From: a virus
Lineage: Duplodnaviria; Heunggongvirae; Uroviricota; Caudoviricetes
DNA: 25,956 bases
Direction: 5' to 3' (one strand)
IMG/VR virus record: IMGVR_UViG_2711768059_000012
Coordinates: 1 to 25,956 of that record
This document shows positions 9,891 through 17,420 of the stretch, piece by piece (within the stretch, counting starts at the first letter, position 1; each line of letters starts with the position of its first letter). The notes below the pieces were generated by a model. It was not told the origin of the DNA, made no database searches, and was given only the letters and a program-made list of their open reading frames with translations. The position numbers were made by a program, and so were the translations under genes.

Positions 9891-9910
9891 TACTGTAAAT
9901 ATAAACAGTG
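9891..9910. promoter_or_regulatory. LexA box (SOS operator) upstream of the small-ORF/dinI-like pair
   Basis: TACTGTAAATATAAACAGTG fits CTGT-N8-ACAG with an AT-rich spacer, about 45 bp upstream of the ORF starting at 9952 and overlapping AT-rich promoter-like sequence. Confidence 0.65.
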
Positions 9911-9951
9911 GTTATGCATACAGTATTGCTTGTGGTGTCATAGGAGGAAAG

Positions 9952-10140
9952 ATGCAGGACTATTTTTTGGAGTCTTTGAAGCTCCAGCGCATTGATTTTT
10001 TTCTTAAACTTGTAGCGGCTAGTGAGTGTAGTGATGAAGAGAAGGGGCTGGCTTTGCAGTGGGTTTCTGAACTGACAGATGAACTCATGGCAAAAATCAG
10101 AACTCACGAATACAACCGCTCAATGGATGTCATCAGCTGA
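9952..10140 (+). CDS. Small hypothetical protein; possible N-terminal part of a Tum-like SOS antirepressor
   Basis: 62-aa ORF with AGGAGG RBS 4 nt upstream, immediately downstream of the LexA box. Overlaps the upstream extension of the dinI-like reading frame. Confidence 0.45.
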   Translation: MQDYFLESLKLQRIDFFLKLVAASECSDEEKGLALQWVSELTDELMAKIRTHEYNRSMDVIS

Positions 10141-10150
10141 GGTGACTTTT

Positions 10151-10384
10151 ATGCGCATTGAAATAATGATCGATAAAGAGCAGAAGATTAGCCAGTCTAC
10201 CCTAGATGCCCTTGAATCCGAGCTTTACCGCAATCTGCGCCCCCTGTATCCCAAAACGGTAATTCGTATCCGCAAAGGTAGCTCTAACGGTGTGGAACTG
10301 ACCGGACTGCAACTGGACGAAGAAAGAAAACAAGTGCTGAAAATTATGCAGAAGGTGTGGGAAGACGACTGCTGGCTGCATTGA
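10151..10384 (+). CDS. dinI: DinI-family protein (DNA-damage-inducible protein I-like)
   Basis: 77-aa product MRIEIMIDKEQKISQSTLDALESELYRNLRPLYP...VWEDDCWLH resembles E. coli DinI (MRIEVTIAKT..., acidic C-terminus). GAGGTG RBS 6 nt upstream. Downstream of the LexA box. Confidence 0.75.
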   Translation: MRIEIMIDKEQKISQSTLDALESELYRNLRPLYPKTVIRIRKGSSNGVELTGLQLDEERKQVLKIMQKVWEDDCWLH

Positions 10385-10520
10385 TAGGTTTCGTTTGTAA
10401 TGAGTCATGTTTTTTGAGTCCGATAGTAGACAGCTAGAGGGATAAATGATTAATAGATAGATTAAACATAGTGATGGGCGTAAAATCGCGCGCATTTTAT
10501 TGGCAACGGATCTGAACTCA

Positions 10521-11414
10521 ATGGCGGATAAGACTCAATCAGTAAGTATTGTGTATCAAGGCAAAGCTCTCGACGATCATAAGATGGATATTCTTTCGTT
10601 TGCGAAAAGTTTGCAGGGGCTAGGTGAGGCTATCTACTCTGCAAATGAGATTGTAAACGGAGGGCGAGACATTGAAGTTAACGTTGACGCTGAATTGATA
10701 GCCGGTTCCTTTGGGTTTGATATTGAGGTTGTACAACATCTAGCTAATGCTAAAGATGTTGTACAAATTTTAGGTTTGTCAGCCATTCCTTTAGCCGTTG
10801 GCGGTGCTACAGTTTTAGAGGTTCTCAAGAAGCTTAACGGGCGTAAGATCGACATAGTCGAGAAAGCTAACGGTAGTGACAAAGTTAAGCTGAAAGTCGA
10901 TGGTGAAGAGATTGTTTGCTCTGAAGATGTCGAAAAAATCGTTAATGCCCCAGAGATTCGTAAGGCTGTTGACGCGTTTGTCAGACAGCCTCTGTTACAA
11001 GATGGTATCGACAATTTTGTGGTAAAAAAATCGCGCACCTCTAAGAAAGAAATCCTCAAAATTCATAAAGATGAGGCAGAAGAGTTTAAGTCGCCAAAAG
11101 TTCTCTTTGAAACCAAAGAAGAAGTTGACGAATTTGAAACAACCGTGACATTCGTTTCGGCGCATACTGACAAAAAAAGTGGCTGGCGTGTTGAGTTTGG
11201 CGGTGAAAAGCGCAATGTCAGAATGGAAGATAATGAGTTCATCAAGCTTGTTACTGGACCAGACGCCCCCAAAATTTTTGGCGAATTGTTTGCTGTGAAG
11301 ATGAAGAAAATTGTGAAAGATTCCGGTGGCCAGGTAGACGAAAAGTTATCGATCATCAAAGTGGGTCGACACTTTGCCGCCAAAGATAGAAAAATAAAAC
11401 CTGATGCGGATTAA
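10521..11414 (+). CDS. Hypothetical soluble protein, first gene of a three-gene accessory module
   Basis: 298-aa (ATG 10521; TTG 10500 also possible), Lys/Glu-rich, no recognised catalytic motif. Sits in a visibly AT-rich stretch. Stop is 2 nt before the next start. Confidence 0.6.
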   Translation: MADKTQSVSIVYQGKALDDHKMDILSFAKSLQGLGEAIYSANEIVNGGRDIEVNVDAELIAGSFGFDIEVVQHLANAKDVVQILGLSAIPLAVGGATVLEVLKKLNGRKIDIVEKANGSDKVKLKVDGEEIVCSEDVEKIVNAPEIRKAVDAFVRQPLLQDGIDNFVVKKSRTSKKEILKIHKDEAEEFKSPKVLFETKEEVDEFETTVTFVSAHTDKKSGWRVEFGGEKRNVRMEDNEFIKLVTGPDAPKIFGELFAVKMKKIVKDSGGQVDEKLSIIKVGRHFAAKDRKIKPDAD

Positions 11415-11416
11415 AA

Positions 11417-11680
11417 ATGTCTATAGATATTAGTGTGTTAGGATGGTTGGGGCTGCTTGTTGCAGCTCCAGCTATATTTATAGGTGCTAGAGTGGCTATA
11501 CGTAGCCTGCTCGATCGAGTTATTGTCGAAACAAAAGTTTCTATCACTTATACTGATGCAAACAAAAATGTCTATAAAACAAATATTTATATAAACAATG
11601 ATGATGAGTTAATAAAGCTCATCGATGATATAGCAGAGAAAAATAAGCGTGAGAGGAAGGAGTCAGCCTCTCATGCCTGA
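11417..11680 (+). CDS. Small membrane protein (one N-terminal TM helix), second gene of the module
   Basis: 87-aa. Hydrophobic VLGWLGLLVAAPAIFIGARVAI then a charged C-terminal tail. Coupled to both neighbours. Confidence 0.55.
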   Translation: MSIDISVLGWLGLLVAAPAIFIGARVAIRSLLDRVIVETKVSITYTDANKNVYKTNIYINNDDELIKLIDDIAEKNKRERKESASHA

Positions 11681-12089
11681 ACAAAAGAAAACAAGCGGTA
11701 AAGCAGTCGGTGTTACAGGTGGCGGCGGTGTAGGCCTTTTCCTAATAAAGCTGGCTAGCTTCATTACAGATCCAACATGGAAAGACCTTTACATTGCTTC
11801 AATACCGATGGTGTCAATTCTTTTAAGCGAAGTTTTTACTTTTGCATGGACGATTTATGCTGTTGATCCGCAAGAAATCAAACTGAAAAGGCGGTTGAAG
11901 GCTCTGAAGAAGCAAGCCGAAGCAGTTTTAAATGCACCATCGTCCCCTGTTTCTCCAGAAATGCGAGAGAAAGCGCAGGCTCGTTACGACGTGATCTGTG
12001 GAATTGAAATGGGAATTTACCCCCTCTCAATTGTAAATACGCTAGATGGAAAAGTATCCCCCACAGCGCAAACGCCGGACGTTAAATAG
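11673..12089 (+). CDS. Small membrane protein (two predicted TM helices, Gly-zipper), third gene of the module
   Basis: 138-aa from ATG 11673 (GAGGAAGGAG upstream; 8-nt overlap with previous gene). GVTGGGGVGLFLIKLASFI and IASIPMVSILLSEVFTFAWTIYAV hydrophobic segments, then a basic coiled region. Confidence 0.55.
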   Translation: MPEQKKTSGKAVGVTGGGGVGLFLIKLASFITDPTWKDLYIASIPMVSILLSEVFTFAWTIYAVDPQEIKLKRRLKALKKQAEAVLNAPSSPVSPEMREKAQARYDVICGIEMGIYPLSIVNTLDGKVSPTAQTPDVK

Positions 12090-12152
12090 CAGTTTCTACT
12101 TTGCATGACTATGCTGCATGAAATCGCATGATCGTTTGAGGATCGTTTTTGC

Positions 12153-12180
12153 AAAAGCCCGCCAGAACTGGCGGGCTTTT
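12153..12180. terminator. Perfect 13-bp inverted repeat hairpin (AAAAGCCCGCCAG-aa-CTGGCGGGCTTTT), likely bidirectional intrinsic terminator
   Basis: Read directly: the arms are exact reverse complements, with A-run and T-run flanks. Lies 64 nt after the module stop. Confidence 0.65.
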
Positions 12181-12225
12181 GCGTAGAGCATGCATCTGCA
12201 TGAAAACCACTACATAAAGCGGGCA

Positions 12226-12244
12226 GGCGTGGCGGGGATACGAG
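12226..12244. other. Candidate cos (cohesive-end) site
   Basis: GGCGTGGCGGGGATACGAG. The first 13 nt match the 186 cos 19-mer as I recall it (GGCGTGGCGGGGAAAGCAT; 15/19 overall), and the A-to-Q location matches where cos lies in P2/186. Confidence 0.4.
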
Positions 12245-12326
12245 TGCGCGCAATACGGTTCGATAAGAATTCACTTCGACTATGTTTTTAGATAATCTGG
12301 CAATAAAAGGATGAGGAGAATGGCAA

Positions 12327-13568
12327 ATGCAAAGAATAGTTTTTTACTCTTGGCAATCTGATTTAAATGGAAAATGTAATAGAAATTTAATTCAAGATGC
12401 TTTGGTTAGATCTCTAAAAGCAATAAAAAAGGATGAAACAGAAACATTGGAGCCAGTCTTGGATCGTGATACTAATGGTTTAAATGGCTCACCATCAATT
12501 AGCGAAAGCATTTTTAATAAAATATCACTTTCAGATGTTTTTGTTGCCGATGTTTCTATCATAAATGGAAGGTCTGAGGATAAGAAGACACCTAATCCAA
12601 ATGTTTTGATTGAATTAGGATATGCAGTATCCCAGCTAGGCTGGGATAGAGTAATCATGGTCCAGAATACATTTTATGGTTCTCCAGAAGAACTTCCTTT
12701 TGACTTAAGAGGACGGAGGGTAATTGCATATACTATGGACCCTGATAGTGATTCAAAACCTGAGGTAAGAAGCTTACTGCAAGGGCGACTTGAAACTGCA
12801 TTAAGGGAGTCCTTGAGTGATTCAAGCCAAGGAGCTATTTCTTCAGGTTTAAATGCACCAATATGGTGGGGGGAGTGGTACAAGGACAATCGCAGAAGTA
12901 ATTTTGGCAAATTATTTATTCGTGAAACATCGTCAAATGGTTTTCTTTTTGATTTAGTAGTTATGAATGGATCACATTCTGGGAGTATTACAGGAGAGGC
13001 GGTTTTTGTAGCTAGAGATTCAGCTTACGCTAGAATAAAAATACCTGGAAGTAATGAATTTGGCGAGTTGAGTTTTAGGCGCAGCATATTTGATGGTAAA
13101 CGATATATTAGGATAAGTGAGACCGTTAGTTGTCAATACTGGCGAGGTATGGGGGCCTTTTTTGATGGTGAGTTTCGTTGTGCAGAGGATCATTTGTTTT
13201 TATTTGGTTTTGCAAATGAAATGGAACTTCAGAGATTATACAACGTTATGGGGCAATATTACTTTGAACTGAAAAAAGTGATGGAGCAAATAGGTGAGCG
13301 CGATAATCTTGATACTTTTGTCGCAAAGGCTTATCAGGGAGGAGTTAGAGGACTTTATACCATTGCGGAAGGTATGGTGATGTTTGGTAGAGAGGGCGAG
13401 ATATGGGCTATTTATCTCAATGATGGTGAAATTCGTTATTTCACAAATGTACATAAATGGAAAAAAACTATTCCAAAAACTTTTGAACAGTGGCGAGAAC
13501 GATTTCCAGAGATTGAAATAAATTATGGAGGTGATATCTCGACACTTCCTACACAAGAAGATTTATAG
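12327..13568 (+). CDS. Two-domain protein: N-terminal TIR-like/nucleoside 2-deoxyribosyltransferase-like domain plus uncharacterised C-terminal domain; candidate anti-phage effector
   Basis: 413-aa. GAGGAG RBS 7 nt upstream. N-terminus RIVFYSWQSD (cf. TIR beta-A FISYSxxD) and NPNVLIELGYA (Glu96 in an E-[LI]-G-Y-A context as in the NDT/TIR-like superfamily). Very AT-rich. Followed by a hairpin terminator. Confidence 0.65.
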   Translation: MQRIVFYSWQSDLNGKCNRNLIQDALVRSLKAIKKDETETLEPVLDRDTNGLNGSPSISESIFNKISLSDVFVADVSIINGRSEDKKTPNPNVLIELGYAVSQLGWDRVIMVQNTFYGSPEELPFDLRGRRVIAYTMDPDSDSKPEVRSLLQGRLETALRESLSDSSQGAISSGLNAPIWWGEWYKDNRRSNFGKLFIRETSSNGFLFDLVVMNGSHSGSITGEAVFVARDSAYARIKIPGSNEFGELSFRRSIFDGKRYIRISETVSCQYWRGMGAFFDGEFRCAEDHLFLFGFANEMELQRLYNVMGQYYFELKKVMEQIGERDNLDTFVAKAYQGGVRGLYTIAEGMVMFGREGEIWAIYLNDGEIRYFTNVHKWKKTIPKTFEQWRERFPEIEINYGGDISTLPTQEDL

Positions 13569-13575
13569 ACAAATG

Positions 13576-13610
13576 ACCCGCGATTCGCCAACGCGGGTTT
13601 TGTTTGTTCA
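13576..13610. terminator. Hairpin (ACCCGCG...CGCGGGT) followed by T-rich tract; terminator between the convergent accessory gene and Q
   Basis: 7-bp GC-rich stem with 9-nt loop then TTTTGTTTGTT. An A-run follows, so it may act in both directions. Confidence 0.55.
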
Positions 13611-13621
13611 AAAAAAAATCA

Positions 13622-14665
13622 TTAAGTTATGTTGGGTTCAAATGCATAAGAATCAAAACGAATTACTTGTTCATTGGCCCAGCTATTCAGTTCCTCAAAA
13701 CGCTTCTGTAGAGGGATCAGTTCATTTCGAACAAAAACGCGGCTGGCCTTCTCCACATCCCCAAACCCCCCGACATTATTCGGCATAATCCCCATCATCT
13801 GTGGCGGAACACGATGCGCCGCCATCATGTCATCGCGGCTGACGTTCTTGATGTTCAGAAATTCATCTTTCGCCGCGACTTCTGACAACGGGATGATCTG
13901 AAGCCCGTCTTTTTTGCCGTTAGGCGAGTACATAAACAGGTTGCGGAAGTTGCCCGGGCCTTTGGCGCTTTTCATTGCGTTGCGGAGGTTGTTCACGTCC
14001 TCCTGGTTCTGCGCGGCATCGGTCATGTACATGATGAAGCCTGCATGACTGCCGTTAATGTAATACTTGCGGCGGAACAGCGTGGCGGACTCGTTGAGCA
14101 GGGCTGACGGAATGGCAGAAAGATAACCGGGCAGGCCGTAGATCTCCTGGTTGATATCCGGTTCTATCAGATGAAAAATGCTGCCTTTCGTGAACTGATA
14201 CGGCTGGGTTGTCATACCGTATTGCACAAACCAGTAGGTATCCAGGTCTAACCCGCGTCGGGTGTATTTTGCCAGAGCAGGCTCAAGGGCGATAACTTCA
14301 CCGAAGCGGTTCGTGCGTTTCTCCAGGTAGGCGTTACCAAATACCAGATAGTCCTGCACAAAACGTGAAAAAGCCTGCTGGCTGAGCAGCGGGTGGGGGA
14401 TGTAGGTACTGGTCAGAATGTTGCATTTCACCGCAATTGGTGAACTGTGATGCACGGCGGCGCGGAAGGTGCGCGCCAGTCCGTCAAAGCTTACTGGCGG
14501 CTCATACCAGCGATCTGTCTGTACGCATTCCACATAGTCCAGTAGTTCGCGGCGGTCCAGAACAGGAACGGGATCACCGAAGCTGAATGCTTCGGCTGTA
14601 GTCTGACTTTTATGCTGGATCTGGTTCGTCGACGCAGCGCGGTTCTTCTTACTCTTTCCCATCAA
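13622..14665 (-). CDS. Q: Portal protein (P2 gpQ family)
   Basis: 347-aa (P2 Q is ~344 aa). Start overlaps the stop of the upstream terminase gene. Conserved position next to P and divergent from O. Confidence 0.9.
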   Translation of the reverse strand: MMGKSKKNRAASTNQIQHKSQTTAEAFSFGDPVPVLDRRELLDYVECVQTDRWYEPPVSFDGLARTFRAAVHHSSPIAVKCNILTSTYIPHPLLSQQAFSRFVQDYLVFGNAYLEKRTNRFGEVIALEPALAKYTRRGLDLDTYWFVQYGMTTQPYQFTKGSIFHLIEPDINQEIYGLPGYLSAIPSALLNESATLFRRKYYINGSHAGFIMYMTDAAQNQEDVNNLRNAMKSAKGPGNFRNLFMYSPNGKKDGLQIIPLSEVAAKDEFLNIKNVSRDDMMAAHRVPPQMMGIMPNNVGGFGDVEKASRVFVRNELIPLQKRFEELNSWANEQVIRFDSYAFEPNIT

Positions 14666-16428
14666 AAAATCTCCACAATATTACTGGTATTGGCGGACTC
14701 GCCCTGCAGTGGTTCGTTAAACAGTGCGTGCATTGTTGCCCAGGCCAGATCGGCGTGGCTGGCTTCTTCGCTGCGGCTGGCTTCATAGGTTGGGCGGTTG
14801 CCACTGGCGGTGGTTGCGCGACGGATTGCCATGAATGACTGCGCAATGTCGGTGTGCCCGGCGTCAAACTCCAGACGGCGGTGGCTGATAATGTCGTAGG
14901 CCTTGAGTACCAGGGCGTTTTTAACGTTGGGGTTGTAGACAAACTCCCGGACGGCAGGAAAGAACGCTTTCACGTTCTCGTAAACCCCGTGACCAACGCC
15001 GGTTGAGTCGATACCGATATAAGTCACGTTGTACTGCTCGGTAAGTTTTTTGATGGCGTCAGCCTGGGCGCGGAAGTCCATCCCGCGCCACTGGTGACGC
15101 TCAAGAATGCGGAACTTACCACCCGGCACGGCTGGCGGTGCCACCACCACGCATCCAGCGCTGTCGCCGTTTTGCGTACCTTTTGCCGGGTCATAACCGA
15201 TCCACACTTCGCGCCAGCCAAACGGGCGCAGCGCCAGTGCATGAAAGTCGGTCCAGACTTCCCAACTGTCCACCATGCACGCCTGCAGCTCGCTGAGCGG
15301 AAACACGGACGCGAGATCGTCCACAAACTCGCACATCAGCAGGTTCTGGTATTCGTCCGGGCTGTACTCCATGCGTAGCTGGTCGAGGTCGAACAGGTTA
15401 CAGCCGCCGCGCACCGCATCTTCTACGGTGACTATCTGGCGGTATTGCCCGTCTGCGCACAGCAGGCCGGGGGCCAGATTGCTGTGGGACAGGTCGATGT
15501 CCACCTTGTCGGCTTTGTTGCGCCCACGGTTGAACAGCGCACCGGACCAGAACGGATAAGCACTGTGTGTCAGACTGGATGGCGTGGAAAAATAGGTTTG
15601 TCGCCATTTTTTGTGAATAGCCATACCGGAAGCCACTTTGCGCAGCTCCTGGAATTTCGGTATCCAGAAATATTCATCCAGATACAGGTTGCCGTGGTAA
15701 CTCTGGGCCGTGCGGGCATTGGTGCCGAGGAAGTAAAGCGTGGCCCCGTTAGGAAGCACCATCGGATCGCCTTTCAGCTCCACCTCCACTTCTTTGGCAA
15801 AGTCGATGATGTACTGTTTAAAGACGTGGGCCTGAGCCTTGCTGGCAGAAAGGAAAATCTGGTTACGCCCGGTCAGCAGGGCGTCAATCAGGGCTTCACG
15901 GGCAAAGTAAAAGGTCGCGCCGATCTGGCGTGACTTCAGCAGGTTGCGGATGCGGTTGGTTTTTCCGGCTTCCCACCAGTGGCGCTGGTAGTTGAACATG
16001 GAGGAATGGAAGATTTTTTCCAGCTTCTCAATCTGTTCATCGGTGAAGACATTCTTTTCCGGCTGACGGCGCGGGCCTTTGTTGCGGTTGGCGACGTTAG
16101 GGTTTAAGTCAGCTTCGTTGCCGCCATTGTTAAACTTGCCGATCCGCGCGTGGCGCTCAGACTGGCGCGCCAGCAGGTCAATCTCTTTGAAATCTTTCCC
16201 TTCTTTGTGCTCCTTCATAATGAGCTGGCAGTAGCGTGCGGCGGTGGTGAGCTGCATCTGATCCAGCGGCCCATAGTCACCCCACTTGTCGCGTTTTTTC
16301 CAGCTGTGAACGGTTGCAACTTTCTCGCCCAGCATTTCAGCAATGCGGGCGACGCGGTATCCCTGAAAGTACAGCAGCATGGCCTGCCGACGGGGATCGA
16401 GATCTGCGGGTGTCAGTGTGGTGTTCAT
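14662..16428 (-). CDS. P: Terminase large (ATPase) subunit (P2 gpP family)
   Basis: 588-aa (P2 P ~590 aa), adjacent to and co-directional with Q, divergent from the capsid operon. Confidence 0.9.
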   Translation of the reverse strand: MNTTLTPADLDPRRQAMLLYFQGYRVARIAEMLGEKVATVHSWKKRDKWGDYGPLDQMQLTTAARYCQLIMKEHKEGKDFKEIDLLARQSERHARIGKFNNGGNEADLNPNVANRNKGPRRQPEKNVFTDEQIEKLEKIFHSSMFNYQRHWWEAGKTNRIRNLLKSRQIGATFYFAREALIDALLTGRNQIFLSASKAQAHVFKQYIIDFAKEVEVELKGDPMVLPNGATLYFLGTNARTAQSYHGNLYLDEYFWIPKFQELRKVASGMAIHKKWRQTYFSTPSSLTHSAYPFWSGALFNRGRNKADKVDIDLSHSNLAPGLLCADGQYRQIVTVEDAVRGGCNLFDLDQLRMEYSPDEYQNLLMCEFVDDLASVFPLSELQACMVDSWEVWTDFHALALRPFGWREVWIGYDPAKGTQNGDSAGCVVVAPPAVPGGKFRILERHQWRGMDFRAQADAIKKLTEQYNVTYIGIDSTGVGHGVYENVKAFFPAVREFVYNPNVKNALVLKAYDIISHRRLEFDAGHTDIAQSFMAIRRATTASGNRPTYEASRSEEASHADLAWATMHALFNEPLQGESANTSNIVEIF

Positions 16429-16474
16429 GGCACAAACCTACAGCCTTGAATGAAGGCTTTCCCCGCCTGCGGTT

Positions 16475-16492
16475 TGTGTGGTTGTCGGTACA
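16475..16492. promoter_or_regulatory. Late-promoter activator site (TGT-N12-ACA dyad) in the divergent P/O control region
   Basis: TGTgtggttgtcggtACA in the 142-bp intergenic region between P and O. P2 Ogr/Delta-dependent late promoters carry this dyad. Confidence 0.5.
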
Positions 16493-16570
16493 AATACCGC
16501 GCATTGTTTCACTGCCCCCATCACCGCAACCATAAGGCTCCAGTAAGTTTTTTCTAACGGAGCACGGCTC

Positions 16571-17404
16571 ATGACAGTGAAAGCAAAGCGTTTTCGCATC
16601 GGGGTGGAAGGTGCCACCACCGATGGACGCGAAATCCAGCGTGAATGGCTGGAACAGATGGCAGCCAGCTACAACCCGGCGGTGTATACCGCGCTGATTA
16701 ACCTTGAGCACATCAAGTCTTATCTGCCGGACAGCACCTTTAACCGCTACGGCAAGGTGACGGCGCTGTTTGCTGAAGAAATCACGGAAGGTCCACTGGC
16801 AGGCAAGATGGCGCTGTATGCCGACGTTGAGCCAACGGAGTCCCTGGTGGAGCTGGTGAAAAAAGGCCAGAAATTATTCACCTCTATGGAAGTCAGCCCG
16901 AAGTTCGCTGATACGGGCAAAGCCTACCTGGTTGGCCTGGCTGCCACTGATGACCCTGCCAGTCTGGGCACTGAAATGCTGACATTCAGCGCCAGTGCAG
17001 CTCATAACCCGCTGGCAAACCGCAAGCAGAATCCCGCCAATCTCTTTACCGCTGCAGAGGAAACGGTGATCGAACTGGAAGAAATCCAGGATGACAAACC
17101 GTCCCTGTTTGCCCGTGTCACGGCGTTGTTTACCAAAAAAGAGCAGTCCGATGACGCCCGGTTCTCTGATGTGCATAAGGCCGTGGAGCTGGTCGCCACT
17201 GAGCAGCAGAACCTGAGCGCACGCACCGAAAAATCCCTGTCTGAGCAGGAAGAACGCCTGTCTGAACTGGAGACTGCTCTGCAGGAGCAGCAAACCGTCT
17301 TTAACGAACTGGTGAATAAGCTGAGTCATGAAGACAGCCGCCAGGACTACCGCCAGCGTGCAACAGGCGGTAACGCCCCCGCTGACACTCTGACCAATTG
17401 CTGA
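16571..17404 (+). CDS. O: Capsid scaffolding protein (P2 gpO family)
   Basis: 277-aa, first gene of the rightward late operon, GGAG RBS, acidic coiled-coil C-terminus. Order O-N-M-L as in P2. Confidence 0.85.
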   Translation: MTVKAKRFRIGVEGATTDGREIQREWLEQMAASYNPAVYTALINLEHIKSYLPDSTFNRYGKVTALFAEEITEGPLAGKMALYADVEPTESLVELVKKGQKLFTSMEVSPKFADTGKAYLVGLAATDDPASLGTEMLTFSASAAHNPLANRKQNPANLFTAAEETVIELEEIQDDKPSLFARVTALFTKKEQSDDARFSDVHKAVELVATEQQNLSARTEKSLSEQEERLSELETALQEQQTVFNELVNKLSHEDSRQDYRQRATGGNAPADTLTNC

Positions 17405-17420
17405 TGGAGCACAAAACCTG

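Noticed and set aside
10385-10520. Possible terminator or regulatory hairpin aaaatcgcgcgcatttt between dinI-like and the three-gene module
   Set aside because: Only the A/T arms pair. The central cgcgcgc does not form a stem with itself in this arrangement, and there is no convincing GC-rich stem followed by a U-tract.
15445-15933. Long antisense or out-of-frame ORFs inside well-supported genes (for example 15445-15933 + inside P, 18330-18812 - inside N/M, 21887-22411 - inside R/S, 8767-9273 - inside A, 6375-6782 - inside dam)
   Set aside because: They lie wholly within conserved phage genes on the other strand or frame, have no RBS, and have Arg/Ala/Pro-rich compositions typical of spurious ORFs in GC-rich coding DNA.
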